Shown one piece after another: positions 9,889-20,248 of a stretch of 64,000 nucleotides of DNA. The notes beneath the pieces were generated by a model that searched no databases, was not told the origin of the DNA, and saw only the letters and a program-made list of their open reading frames with translations. The stretch lies in contig JAXHVD010000008.1 in the NCBI GenBank assembly GCA_034189385.1, positions 98,396-162,395 of the forward strand. Reading direction: 5' to 3'. The stretch is from Thermodesulfobacteriota bacterium (GTDB taxonomy: Bacteria > Desulfobacterota > Desulfobacteria > Desulfobacterales > C00003060). The translations under genes were made by a program, and so were the position numbers. Each line of letters opens with the position of its first letter. The stretch's first letter is position 1.

Positions 9889-10133
9889 ATATGGTCTCCT
9901 CGTTGATATGGTCGCTGAAAGTAGTGATGCAAAGCCCTAACTACTTGTCAATGTTGACAACCTTGAGCAAAGAAAACCGCCTCCCTCCGGCCTCCAATCC
10001 TTACCAACAGCACGCCCTCATGATTGGCGGAAAGCGCCTGAAGCCGACGTTCAGCGGTCTTTACCCCGTGAACTTTTAATACTTAACAATAGAATATAAG
10101 ACGATCTTTCCCATTTGTCCAGCCCCACCTTTG

Positions 10134-11090
10134 TCAGCAGACACACTCAATTTCTTCAAGGACCGCTGCGGCCAGTAGGGGAAACATGATCTCATGATGG
10201 CCGATGAGGCTGTAACCTCTTCCACCCCTGCTCGTGGGGCGGTGGACGACATTGGTCGTGGGCCGATAGTGCCGGATAAAATCCATGTTGACGGCGGTAA
10301 ATCGGTCTACCTTGCTCCCCCTGTTGCGAACCAAGGTAAGGGCCTTTAAGAAGACTTCAGGCAGCACCACTGCTGAGCCGACGTTCATGTAAACGCCCTC
10401 CTCCAGTGCAGCGACTACAGAGGCAAAGAGCCTGAAATCCAGATGGGTCGCCTTGCCCGTGGCCTCAGGGTCGAATCCTGGATGGATGTGAATAATGTCG
10501 GTTCCCACGGCTACATGGACAGTGGCAGGGATCTCGTACCGTGCGGCTGTGGCAAGGATACTCTCCTGGCCAAAGGGCAAATCTTCTTCAATGATGGCCC
10601 GTCCCACGGCCTCACCAAGGCCCAATCCTCTATCAGCGGCTGTTCCAATGGCGCGGTTCAAAAAATGTGCAGTCTCCTCTGCCATGCCAAAAGCACCCCT
10701 GTCCAAGCCTTCCATGACGTCTTCCGAGGTCCTCCCAATCATGGCCACCTCAAGGTCATGTATGATGCCTGCCCCGTTCATGGCAATGGCGGTGATCACG
10801 CCACGGCCCATCAAATCCACCACCACAGGGTTCAGGCCCACCTTGATGACGTGAGCACCCATGGCCATGACGACGACTTTGCCCCCGTTATGGGCCTCTG
10901 CAATAGCCGAGACGATCTCCTTAAAATCCTTGGCTGCCAGAATATCGGGCAGGCCCCCCAAAAAATCTCTAAACGTTCCTTCCCCTTTCCAGGGGCGGCC
11001 GAAATGGGCGCGATCCACCTTGCTTTTTCGCGATGCCAGGGGATAGGTCTTTAGAGGTGCCTGATCTATAGGTTTGAACCGTTTTTCCAT
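10134..11090 (-). CDS. Conserved hypothetical protein (GSU2086-like, probable deoxyhypusine-synthase-like fold)
   Basis: GAHVIKVGL, AMNGAGIIHD, TVHVAVGTDI, GSAVVLPEVFLK and GHHEIMFPLL; sits directly downstream of gmhA. Confidence 0.7.
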   Translation of the reverse strand: MEKRFKPIDQAPLKTYPLASRKSKVDRAHFGRPWKGEGTFRDFLGGLPDILAAKDFKEIVSAIAEAHNGGKVVVMAMGAHVIKVGLNPVVVDLMGRGVITAIAMNGAGIIHDLEVAMIGRTSEDVMEGLDRGAFGMAEETAHFLNRAIGTAADRGLGLGEAVGRAIIEEDLPFGQESILATAARYEIPATVHVAVGTDIIHIHPGFDPEATGKATHLDFRLFASVVAALEEGVYMNVGSAVVLPEVFLKALTLVRNRGSKVDRFTAVNMDFIRHYRPTTNVVHRPTSRGGRGYSLIGHHEIMFPLLAAAVLEEIECVC

Positions 11091-11098
11091 CTGCTTCT

Positions 11099-11689
11099 TT
11101 ATGACCCCCCCATAAAGCTCTCTGGGAAGAGGATTCGTTCGACAAGCTCACATAAAAGGTGCTCTGCCGCAAGGTGAACTTCCTGAATACGGGGAGTGGC
11201 CTGGGAATCCACAATCAAACAGAGGTCACATCTCTGGACCAGTTCACCGCCCCCGCATCCTGTCAAACCTATGGTGCAAAGGCCCATCTCCCGGGCCGTT
11301 TCCATGGCCACAAGGACGTTTTTGGAGCCCCCGCTCGTACTGATGCCAAAGGCAATATCATCTCTTTTGCCGAGGGCCTTGATCTGCTTGGAAAAGACCT
11401 CGTCAAAGGAATAATCATTGGAGATACTGGTCAAGACAGAGGTGTCTGTAGACAGCGCCAGGGCGGGCAGGGGCCTGCGTTCCACGGCAAAACGGTTTAC
11501 GAATTCTGCCGCAATGTGTTGGGCATCAGCGGCACTTCCACCGTTACCAAAGATCAGAAGCTTGTGGCCAGAAGCAAAACAGGTTGCCACCCTTTGGGCT
11601 GCCTTAAGAAGCCCCTCCGTATTTTCTTTGACAAAGCGTTCCGTCACGCGGACGTTTTCTTCCAATGCCTTCAGGATGATCTCTTTCAT
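11099..11689 (-). CDS. gmhA: Phosphoheptose isomerase
   Basis: FGNGGSAADAQHIAAE, SNDYSFDEVF, ISTSG and PRIQEVH. Confidence 0.95.
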   Translation of the reverse strand: MKEIILKALEENVRVTERFVKENTEGLLKAAQRVATCFASGHKLLIFGNGGSAADAQHIAAEFVNRFAVERRPLPALALSTDTSVLTSISNDYSFDEVFSKQIKALGKRDDIAFGISTSGGSKNVLVAMETAREMGLCTIGLTGCGGGELVQRCDLCLIVDSQATPRIQEVHLAAEHLLCELVERILFPESFMGGS

Positions 11690-11886
11690 GGGAAATTCCC
11701 AGTCAAAAAAAGTGCGTTGACAGAAATTCGAGTGGCCTAGATTACAGTGCCTGCCCCGGACCCTGATCCGGGGTTCACCGCAGTGACGACTTCTTACGAT
11801 GATATCGTACTCATTTCATCTCTAAGGCCTAGTCTTCATGAAACAATGGTTCAGTACCCAGACAAAGGGCCCGCCGTGGTCACCAA

Positions 11887-13134
11887 CTACCTGGCCTCAC
11901 CCACTGCGCTTTCCGCTTCCAGAAGGAGTTCGGTGCAATCCTCTCCCATCTTTAGTGCCATCTTGAGCTCCTTTGCTGCCTTTTTGTGGTCTTGGTTTTG
12001 CAAATAGAGCTTTCCAAGTCGGTACCGATACAGGCCGTTGTTCGGCTCGAGGGCGGTGCTCTCTTTGGCCAGGACAATGGCAATTTCGATGTTTTCGCCT
12101 AGGGTACCGTACAGATGTCCCAGGGCACTCAGGCTTTTTGCATCTGCGGGATTTGCCTTGACAGCCTTTTCGTAGGCCTTGGTTGCCTCATGGAGCATCT
12201 CACGCTCCAGGTAACAATCTGCCAGTACCCGAAATACGTGCCCCCCTTTCTGGGTATTTCGAGCAGCCTTCTCCAGATATTCAAGGGCGGCCTCAGCCTC
12301 ACCCTTGTCCCGATAATACATGCCGATTTGGCAGCAAACCTCGGGGTTGTTGCCATCAAGGCGGTGGGCTTCGAGGAAAAGTTCCAAGGCCTTTTCCTCG
12401 TCGCCTTGCCTGAGGTGAGCAAGGCCAAGATTATAGGTGGCCATCACATCCTTTGGCTCCAGGTGTATGGCTGCTTCAAAGGCCTCAACGGCAAGGTCCA
12501 GTTTGCCCTGAACACCGTAACACACGCCCAGGCTGTTAAAAACATTCACATTTTGAGGGTCTACGGCAAGGGCCTTTTTGAATTCATCAATGGCCCCGTC
12601 AATGTCTCCATATTGATAGAGCTTGTCAGCGCTGATATTCAGGCTCACAGCATCAAATGTCGTAATCGTGCCAGGCCCAAAAAAGGAGGCGTGATCTAGG
12701 GCCTTTTGAGCATTTGCCAGGATGGCCGCCTTTTCAAAGGGCCAGAAAGGATAGACTGCTATGCCGATGGAGACGGTCTGTTTGCCAGAAGGCGTAAAGC
12801 TGTTTTGGATCTTTTTCGCCAACTCCACGGCGGCCCCTTCGTCCATGTCCGGACAGAAGCAGACAAACTGATCGTCATCCATCCGGCCCCATTCCATGGG
12901 GTGGGTCTTTCTCAGGCCCTCTATAACCCCCGCCAGACTGACCGCTATGCCTGAAGCCGTGCCTTCTCCGATGCCGTCTAGAAGCTTATCAAAATCGTCA
13001 ATACGGTTCACCAGGACAGCAAATCTATCGCTCTTTTCAGCATAGGACTCAAAAAGATCCCGGACCTGTTTACCTGCCGGCATCTCGGCAAAGACCTCTT
13101 TCAAAATGCTTCCTCCCACAAAAGGCCGTTCCAT
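11887..13134 (-). CDS. Degenerate GGDEF-like domain + TPR-repeat protein
   Basis: IDDF...GRMDDDQF...TVSIGIAVYP GGDEF-like fold without the GGDEF motif, then multiple TPRs. ATG 13134 lies 2 nt after the selA stop, so the longer ORF-track start overlapping selA is unlikely. Confidence 0.75.
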   Translation of the reverse strand: MERPFVGGSILKEVFAEMPAGKQVRDLFESYAEKSDRFAVLVNRIDDFDKLLDGIGEGTASGIAVSLAGVIEGLRKTHPMEWGRMDDDQFVCFCPDMDEGAAVELAKKIQNSFTPSGKQTVSIGIAVYPFWPFEKAAILANAQKALDHASFFGPGTITTFDAVSLNISADKLYQYGDIDGAIDEFKKALAVDPQNVNVFNSLGVCYGVQGKLDLAVEAFEAAIHLEPKDVMATYNLGLAHLRQGDEEKALELFLEAHRLDGNNPEVCCQIGMYYRDKGEAEAALEYLEKAARNTQKGGHVFRVLADCYLEREMLHEATKAYEKAVKANPADAKSLSALGHLYGTLGENIEIAIVLAKESTALEPNNGLYRYRLGKLYLQNQDHKKAAKELKMALKMGEDCTELLLEAESAVGEAR

Positions 13135-13136
13135 CT

Positions 13137-14552
13137 TTACTGCTCCGAAAGGATTTTTTTCAAGATGGAGGAAATGATGGGAATCTCTTCGTCTTGAATG
13201 GTCCGCGCGTCCATGACAAAGAGATCGTCTTCGATCCGTCCAACAACGGGTGGATTTGTGTGGCGCAGGGCAAGGTCCAGACGATTGGCTGCCATACCCT
13301 CTATCTTTATGCCCACGCATTTGGTGGGGAGTTCCTGAAGGGGCAGGGCCCCTCCACCCACACGGGAGGAACTCGTCACAATTGTGGCCTCCAGGCGGTG
13401 GTCCCCAAGCTTCTTCAGTCTGTTTTTCAGCCGTCTGGCCTTGGACGAGATGAGCTTGGTCGGCATGGTCAGCATCTGTAGGGTGGGGATGGTAGATACT
13501 GCCTTGGCCTCATCTCGATAGAGGTGCAATGTGGCTTCAAGGGCCGCAAGGGTCATCTTGTCTATCCTGAGGGCCCTGTTAATCGGGTTTTTCTTGATGC
13601 CCTGGACGGCCTCTTCTTTACCCACAATGATCCCTGCCTGGGGCCCCCCCAGCATCTTGTCCCCGCTGAAAGTGATCACATCAGCGCCAGATGCCACGGT
13701 TTCCTGGACCGTGGGCTCCCTGAGAAGGCCGTATTTTGAAAAGTCGATAAAATTGCCACTGCCAAGGTCCTTCATCACAGGGAGGTGGTACTTGGCCCCG
13801 AGGACGACCAGATCCTTTAGGGAAACATCGGCTGTAAAGCCTACCATGCTGTAGTTACTCGTATGGACCTTTAGGAGCAAGGCCGTGTCGTCCCCAATGG
13901 CCCCCTCATAGTCTGGCAGATGGGTTCGGTTGGTTGTTCCAACCTCCTTCAGTTTGGCACCGCTTCGGGCCATGACGTCCGGTATGCGGAAGGCCCCCCC
14001 AATTTCTACCAGCTCACCTCTTGAGACAATCACCTCTTTGCCCTTTGCCAGGGTCTCAAGAGACAAGAAGACCGCTCCTGCATTATTATTTACCACCATG
14101 GCGGCTTCAGCGCCGCTCAACTCACACAAGATCTCTTCAACGTTGCTATACCGAGATCCCCTTGTCCCCTTGTCAAGGTCGAACTCAAGGTTTGAATAGA
14201 GACTCGATATCTCGGCCACATGCCTTGCCACTGTTTCTGGTAAAAGGGATCGGCCTAGGTTGGTGTGAACCACCACTCCCGTAGCATTGATGACGCGTTT
14301 TAATTTAAAGCCCATGGTTTTGTTTACCAGCTGTTCCGTGAGGCGCAAGAGCTCGCTGTCGGAAAAGACCATTTCGTCCATGGGGTCACCTGGACCAAGA
14401 ATGGCGGTGCGCAGTTGTCCCAAGGCGCTTCTTATAGCGTCCACCAACACAGTCCGGGGTATCTGGTCTACAGGAGGCCTCTCCTCCCATAGCTCAAGCA
14501 CGTGATCCACACCAGGAAGCTTGCGCAACAGAGCCTGCTGTTCTGGGTTCAA
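13137..14552 (-). CDS. selA: L-seryl-tRNA(Sec) selenium transferase
   Basis: VINATGVVVHTNLGRS, VVNNNAGA, SRGELVEIGGAFRIPD, EVGTTNRT and FSGDKMLGGPQAG (PLP lysine). Confidence 0.97.
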   Translation of the reverse strand: MNPEQQALLRKLPGVDHVLELWEERPPVDQIPRTVLVDAIRSALGQLRTAILGPGDPMDEMVFSDSELLRLTEQLVNKTMGFKLKRVINATGVVVHTNLGRSLLPETVARHVAEISSLYSNLEFDLDKGTRGSRYSNVEEILCELSGAEAAMVVNNNAGAVFLSLETLAKGKEVIVSRGELVEIGGAFRIPDVMARSGAKLKEVGTTNRTHLPDYEGAIGDDTALLLKVHTSNYSMVGFTADVSLKDLVVLGAKYHLPVMKDLGSGNFIDFSKYGLLREPTVQETVASGADVITFSGDKMLGGPQAGIIVGKEEAVQGIKKNPINRALRIDKMTLAALEATLHLYRDEAKAVSTIPTLQMLTMPTKLISSKARRLKNRLKKLGDHRLEATIVTSSSRVGGGALPLQELPTKCVGIKIEGMAANRLDLALRHTNPPVVGRIEDDLFVMDARTIQDEEIPIISSILKKILSEQ

Positions 14553-14803
14553 CTTTTTCCTCCTTCAGAAAAGAGTCTAAGAGTCTTTGTTTTCTCCATT
14601 TATACCACATTTGAGCCAAACTTGCCATGTAAAAGGCCCGGGCGCTAACCGGGGCCGGGTTTGGCGATATGCTTTGGGTTGTGGTAATGACTGGGGCTGG
14701 CAGGCAGGAAAAGGAGGCGACACATTGGTTGGGTTGCCATTCCCATGGAGGCATTTGCATATGTGGAGCCCGAGGCTGAGATAGGAAGAGGCTACAGTAG
14801 AAA

Positions 14804-16225
14804 ATGATCGATCTTGTGGTCATTGTGATATATTTTTCCGTCGTGCTCTTTGTGGGGTGGCGAAGCAGAGGCCAATCAGCGGACTCTTACTGGGTAGCGG
14901 AGCGCAAATACGATACGGGCAGGGTCACGGCCTCCTTGGTGGCAACTATCTTTGGGGCATCTTCTACCTTGGGTATCATTGGCCTGGGCTATTCACGGGG
15001 TCTAACCGGTGCCTGGTGGTCCTTGATCGGAGGCATGGCCCTGGTGCCTTTTGCCTTGCTTTTGGCAGGACGCGTTCGAACCCTCAATGTCTATACCCTT
15101 CCTGACATCCTGAAAAGGGCCTATGGCGTGAAGGTGGCAGTGGCGGCAGGCATCATGATTGCCACTGCCTGGTGCGGCATTATCGCAGCGCAACTCATTG
15201 CAGGGGCAAGGCTGTTGAGTGGCGTTTTTTCTCTTGATTTCCAGCTAGGCTTGGCCATTATCGCCGTGGTCTTTGTCATGTATACCTTTTGGGGGGGGCA
15301 GCTTTCGGTCGTCAGGACCGACTCCTGGCAACTCGTCCTTTTTGTGGGAGGCCTTTTGGTGTCCCTTGGTTTTCTCCTTTGGTCTCAGGGCGGTGGCGCT
15401 TCTTTATGGGAAAACGTTCCCACAGAGCACCTCCGCTTCCCGGTCTCCGCTCGTTTTGGCTGGTATGAGGTGGTGGTCTTTTATCCCCTTGTTGTGGGGC
15501 TTCCTTACCTGGTGGGGCCGGATATCTATACCCGGGTGCTGTGCGCAAAAAACAATGGAGTGGCCAAAAGGTCTGCCTTGCTTGCGGCCGCAGGGGTCAT
15601 TCCCCTTTCTTTCCTCTTGGCCTTATTTGGACTTCTAGCCCTTTCCAGGTTTCCAGGCATTATCCCTGAGGCGGCACTGCCAAAGACCCTGAGCGTCCTC
15701 GTACCGGTGGGACTCAAGGGGGTGATTGTGGCCGGATTCCTGGGAGCCGTGATGTCCTCTGCCGACACCTGTCTCATTTCTGCTTCCACCATCCTTTGCC
15801 TGAATGTGGTGGGTCCGATCTGGCAGATTTCGAAGGACCAGCATCTGAAATGCACCAGAGCGGTGCTCGTGGCGGTGGGCGGTGCTGCGTGGCTCATTGC
15901 CAGTCAGGAGCAAGGGATCATTTCTTCGCTCCTTTTGGGATATACGGTCTTTGTGGGTGGCGTTGTGATTCCCACCTTGGCAAGCTTTTGCAGACACACC
16001 ATAAAGGTGACACCGGGTGGGGCATTCTGGGCCATGGCCGTGGGAGGCGGCACAGCCATACTGGGAAAGATCCAAGGCGGCGCTGCCATGAAGGCCATCC
16101 TTTCCCATGGCGGAGACGCCTTCCTTCAGGCCGCCCTGGGTCCTCAATATCTGAGCATCCTGCCGATTATTCTGTCTCTGGTGATCATGGTGGCGGTGAG
16201 CCGGATCGGACATTCAAGAGGCTGA
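14804..16225 (+). CDS. Sodium:solute symporter family protein
   Basis: Many hydrophobic helices; SSS motifs YTFWGGQLSVVRTD and AVMSSADT. Confidence 0.9.
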   Translation: MIDLVVIVIYFSVVLFVGWRSRGQSADSYWVAERKYDTGRVTASLVATIFGASSTLGIIGLGYSRGLTGAWWSLIGGMALVPFALLLAGRVRTLNVYTLPDILKRAYGVKVAVAAGIMIATAWCGIIAAQLIAGARLLSGVFSLDFQLGLAIIAVVFVMYTFWGGQLSVVRTDSWQLVLFVGGLLVSLGFLLWSQGGGASLWENVPTEHLRFPVSARFGWYEVVVFYPLVVGLPYLVGPDIYTRVLCAKNNGVAKRSALLAAAGVIPLSFLLALFGLLALSRFPGIIPEAALPKTLSVLVPVGLKGVIVAGFLGAVMSSADTCLISASTILCLNVVGPIWQISKDQHLKCTRAVLVAVGGAAWLIASQEQGIISSLLLGYTVFVGGVVIPTLASFCRHTIKVTPGGAFWAMAVGGGTAILGKIQGGAAMKAILSHGGDAFLQAALGPQYLSILPIILSLVIMVAVSRIGHSRG

Positions 16226-19084
16226 AACGAGTTTCTGAACGGCTTCCAGCAGCTCTTTTTGGTCCAAAGGCTTGGCCAGGGCGTAGTGTGCCCCAGTCTG
16301 TTTGGCCAGGCTAAGATACTCGTCCGCCGGCCGACGCCCCCCTCCGGAGATGGCAATGATGTTGACTTCTGGAAAGTCCCTGCAAAGCTCGCTAATGGTT
16401 TCAATGCCTTCCTTTTCCGGCATGATGATATCTGTGATAATCACGTCGCAAGGTTCTTCCCGAAAGAGTCTGATCCCCTGCTTGCCGTCAGCGGCATCTA
16501 TCACCGCGTATCCAGCCCCCTCCAAGAGTTGGCGCAGCATTGCTCGGACTTGAAAATCATCATCGATGACAAGAATGCGTGCCGTAGGGTGCTCTGCCTT
16601 TTTGTCTCGCGAATCCAACACCTGACGGATGGCCTTGGCAATATCTCGCCTTAGAACAGGCTTATAGACAAAGGCCCGAATGCCCATGGCCATTGACCGT
16701 TTCTTGTTGATCCTTGCGCTGAATCCCGTACAGAGAATAACCGGAATATCCGGCCGTATTCGCATCAGTTCTGCGGCCAAATCTTCACCCGTCACATTCG
16801 GCATGGTCATGTCGGTGATGACAAGATCGAATATGTCTGGCTGTGCTTTAAACAACTCCAACGCCTCGATCCCATCGGTTTTGGTTGTCACCTCATAGCC
16901 TAATGATTCAAGCATCTGTTTTTCTATATTTACCAAAACCTGCTCGTCATCAATGAAAAGGATGTGTTCTGTGCCTTTAGGGACAGGTTCATCGGGCCCG
17001 ATCTCCGCTTCTGCTTCCCTTTCGATGACCGGTAAATATACATTAAAGGTAGAGCCTTTTTCTGGCTCGCTGTGGGCAGTGATGGTACCGTCACAACTCT
17101 TTACAATCCCATGGACAAGCGAAAGCCCCAGGCCAGTGCCTTCGCCTGGTTCTTTTGTTGAAAAATAGGGGTCAAAGATCTTCCCTAGCACATCAGGTGC
17201 CATGCCGTGTCCTGTGTCGCTCACAGTCAGCCTCACGTAAGGTCCAGGCATGATGCCCGGATGCTGGGCCGTGAAGTCCGAGTCAAGTGCTACATCAACC
17301 AGGCTCACATCCAGTGTGCCACCCTTTTCGTCCATGGCTTGACCGGCATTGGCGCAAAGGTTCATTAACACTTGATGTAGTTGAGTCGGATCTGCGAGGA
17401 CCGCAGAATCAGTCTGGATGTCTTCGTGCATCCCAATGGTTGTGGGAAGGGATGCCCTCAACAACTTGAGGGCCTCTTTTACAATGAGTCCCACCTTAAC
17501 GGGGCTTGATTTATGTTCAGCTTGGCGGCTGAAGGCAAGGATCTGCCGCACCAAGTCTTTGGCGCGATTTCCGGCAACGAGGATCTCCTTCAGGTTCTCA
17601 TGTAGCGAAGATCCCTCTTCAGCCTCGTCTAAGGACAGTTCTGTATAGCCGATCAAGGCAGCCAGGATATTGTTGAAATCATGGGCAATGCCCCCTGCCA
17701 GGGTGCCGATAGCCTCCATTTTCTGTGCCTGCTGGAGCTGCGCTACGAGTTTTTCCCGTTCTTCATCTGCCCGCTTGCGATCTGAGATATCGCGCATGGT
17801 GGCCAGAAGAAGAGGCTTGCTAGCCACAGTAATGGATTTCAGTGAATTTCTTGTATCAATAAGCTTTCCGTCTTTCCGTTTGTGTTTCCAATAAAAAAAC
17901 TGCGGATTGCCTGCAAGGGCTACTTCAATGTAATTGCGGGCTGCTTCACTCGAGCGCCTTCCATCTGGTTGAAAGGCTGGTGAAAACTCAACAGGAGAAT
18001 GCCCAATGATATCCTCGCGATCGCAAGCCCAGATTCGGCAAGCCTGTTCGTTGCAGTCCTCAAAAACATCTGTCATGAGGAAGAAGCCTTCAGTTGAGCT
18101 CTCGAAGAGGGTTCGATATTTTTGCTCGCTCTCGCGCAGCGCCTCCTCGGTCCGCTTGCGCCCGGTGATATTCTTTACATGTTCAATAACGCCTACTACA
18201 TTATCATTCTCATCCCTGAGTGGATGAGCTGAAAGCTCAGCCCAGCAGAAAGAGCCATCATCAGCGGGGATTCGGACATCTTCCACATGAGTATTTCCTG
18301 TTGATAAAGCCTTGACAGACGGGCACCAAGGACAAATGCTCTCTCTCTTTTGATACACTTGATAGCATTTCTTGCCGACCAGAGGCATCTCTTCATGATG
18401 CATGGTCTCCATCCAATTGTTGACCCGAGTGATGGTGAGGTTTCGATCCAGGACACTGATGCCGTCCCGAATCCCATCAAAAACATCCTGAAGAAACTTT
18501 TTACTCTCCTGCAACGCGTCGGTTTTCTCACGGCTTCGGACCTCGGTCAGCCCCTGCTCGGCGAGCATGACGGCCATCTCGCTCAAGAAGCTCAGCCCTT
18601 GCCTGAATGCCTCTTTCGTCACGACAGGAACCTTCTGGAGTGCTTCGAGATAGGAGTTCACGTCGTAGCCATAGGCTTGAGCCTGTCTCACGAAGAAGTC
18701 CATGTCAGGTTCTTTGAAGAGCACCTGTCCTGTGAACAGGCTGGCTACATGGACGCCTTTGATAGTAATCGGGGCCGCCCCGTGCACCAGCCCGCTCTCA
18801 CAGTGGCCAATGTTGAGCGCCTCTTGTTCCTTCAGATGTGATGTGAGTTCCAAGTTACTTTTCTTGCATTGGACCTCTGAGGCAGGAAAAGCGCGGTGGA
18901 ACTTGGTGCAGATATCCCGCCAGCCCGTGCCGATGAGTAGCTCCTGATGGGGATAGGAGCAGAGCCCTGTGGCAAACCCAGTAGCCTGAGAGAAGCCTTC
19001 GAATAATTCGTGCAGCTGTTCTATATCGATTAGATCCTGAAACGAGTATTTTCCGTCAACCAAGTATTTATGTTCTGGATTCAT
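16214..19084 (-). CDS. Hybrid sensor histidine kinase (PocR + 2 PAS + HisKA/HATPase + 2 receiver domains)
   Basis: PocR-like ICTKFHR..C..S and CESGL...GQV; H-box LAGGIAHDFNNIL; GTGLGLS; receivers with DMTMP and DIIMP. Probable start is MNPEH at 19084. Confidence 0.92.
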   Translation of the reverse strand: MNPEHKYLVDGKYSFQDLIDIEQLHELFEGFSQATGFATGLCSYPHQELLIGTGWRDICTKFHRAFPASEVQCKKSNLELTSHLKEQEALNIGHCESGLVHGAAPITIKGVHVASLFTGQVLFKEPDMDFFVRQAQAYGYDVNSYLEALQKVPVVTKEAFRQGLSFLSEMAVMLAEQGLTEVRSREKTDALQESKKFLQDVFDGIRDGISVLDRNLTITRVNNWMETMHHEEMPLVGKKCYQVYQKRESICPWCPSVKALSTGNTHVEDVRIPADDGSFCWAELSAHPLRDENDNVVGVIEHVKNITGRKRTEEALRESEQKYRTLFESSTEGFFLMTDVFEDCNEQACRIWACDREDIIGHSPVEFSPAFQPDGRRSSEAARNYIEVALAGNPQFFYWKHKRKDGKLIDTRNSLKSITVASKPLLLATMRDISDRKRADEEREKLVAQLQQAQKMEAIGTLAGGIAHDFNNILAALIGYTELSLDEAEEGSSLHENLKEILVAGNRAKDLVRQILAFSRQAEHKSSPVKVGLIVKEALKLLRASLPTTIGMHEDIQTDSAVLADPTQLHQVLMNLCANAGQAMDEKGGTLDVSLVDVALDSDFTAQHPGIMPGPYVRLTVSDTGHGMAPDVLGKIFDPYFSTKEPGEGTGLGLSLVHGIVKSCDGTITAHSEPEKGSTFNVYLPVIEREAEAEIGPDEPVPKGTEHILFIDDEQVLVNIEKQMLESLGYEVTTKTDGIEALELFKAQPDIFDLVITDMTMPNVTGEDLAAELMRIRPDIPVILCTGFSARINKKRSMAMGIRAFVYKPVLRRDIAKAIRQVLDSRDKKAEHPTARILVIDDDFQVRAMLRQLLEGAGYAVIDAADGKQGIRLFREEPCDVIITDIIMPEKEGIETISELCRDFPEVNIIAISGGGRRPADEYLSLAKQTGAHYALAKPLDQKELLEAVQKLVSAS

Positions 19085-19358
19085 GTCCAAGCTTCGATTG
19101 CACAGGCAACGGCACGGCCCCACGGCCCGATCTTCATTTTAGTGTCCAGCTGCACGACCTGGGCGATGGTTTTATAAGTTCCAGGTTATGGTCTGTGGGC
19201 TTGCCGGTTTCGTCAAGAGGGTAAGGTAGAAACAAATAAAGCCCCACGCACGCTCACCATCAATACGATGCATGAAGCCTTAGGGTATCCCATAAGGTGC
19301 TTCCCTGACGGTTGGCTATTCTTTCAACTTCTATGTCCCCATCTAAGGTCTCAATCTT

Positions 19359-19386
19359 ATTATATCAGTCCACGTGACGCTGTCAA
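19359..19386 (-). promoter_or_regulatory. Consensus sigma70 promoter
   Basis: Minus-strand TTGACA-16 nt-TATAAT with an extended -10 TG. Confidence 0.7.
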
Positions 19387-19457
19387 GGAAGGGGACAGTC
19401 ACAGCAGCAGCAAACTCAAACCAGGAGGCACTCTGTATCCCAAGGGTTCCGCTTTAA

Positions 19458-20234
19458 TTACTTTGCTTTCCAGATGGGTTTTCTCTTTTCCAGAAAGGCA
19501 GTGAGGCCTTCTTGGGCGTCTTCTGCAAAGAGGTTGGCCACCATTTCCTGCTTTGCATAGTCGTATGCCTGGGTGTCGGCCAGATGGACCTGGGTGTAAA
19601 AGGCCTCCTTGCCCATGCGCACCGTAAGGGGGCTGGCCTGGGCAATCGTCTCGGCCAGGGCTCTTGTCACTTTTTCAAGTTCTTCTGCCGGAACCACTTT
19701 GTTTATGAGCCCATATTGTGCTGCCTCTTCGGCCGAGATCATACGCCCGGTGAGAAGCATCTCTAGTGCCCGCTTTCTTCCAATGGCCCTGACCAGGGGA
19801 ACCCCTGGTGTGGTGCAAAAGAGCCCGATCTTCACCCCTGGTGTCCCAAAAAGCGCACCCTCTTCTGCCACGGCCAAGTCGCAGGCAGCCACAAGCTGAC
19901 AGCCCGCTGCCGTAGCAACCCCGTGGACCTGGGCGATCACCGGCTGGGGGAGGCGCTGGATCTTCTTCATGACGATAATGCAGGTGTGAAAAATTGCTTG
20001 GAAGTAAGTCATGTCACGACCTACCAGTTGGGAGATGTCGTGGCCGGCACAAAAGACCTTTCCCTCACCCCTCACGATGACAGTCCTCACATCTTTGTTC
20101 TCACCTGTAGCTGTGAGTAATGTATTTAACTCCTCGAGGAGTTCCAGAGAAAGAGCGTTTCTTTTTTCCGGGCGGTTGAGCGTGATGGTTCCGATGGCCC
20201 CTTTCAAATCAAATTTCAGATACTTGTAATCCAT
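19458..20234 (-). CDS. Enoyl-CoA hydratase/isomerase family protein
   Basis: ITLNRPEKRNALS, FCAGHD, ATAAGCQLVAACDL and AFLEKRKP. Start MDYKY follows a GGAG RBS; the longer ORF-track start lies inside a repeat element. Confidence 0.93.
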   Translation of the reverse strand: MDYKYLKFDLKGAIGTITLNRPEKRNALSLELLEELNTLLTATGENKDVRTVIVRGEGKVFCAGHDISQLVGRDMTYFQAIFHTCIIVMKKIQRLPQPVIAQVHGVATAAGCQLVAACDLAVAEEGALFGTPGVKIGLFCTTPGVPLVRAIGRKRALEMLLTGRMISAEEAAQYGLINKVVPAEELEKVTRALAETIAQASPLTVRMGKEAFYTQVHLADTQAYDYAKQEMVANLFAEDAQEGLTAFLEKRKPIWKAK

Positions 20235-20248
20235 GCTCTCTCCCTTCT

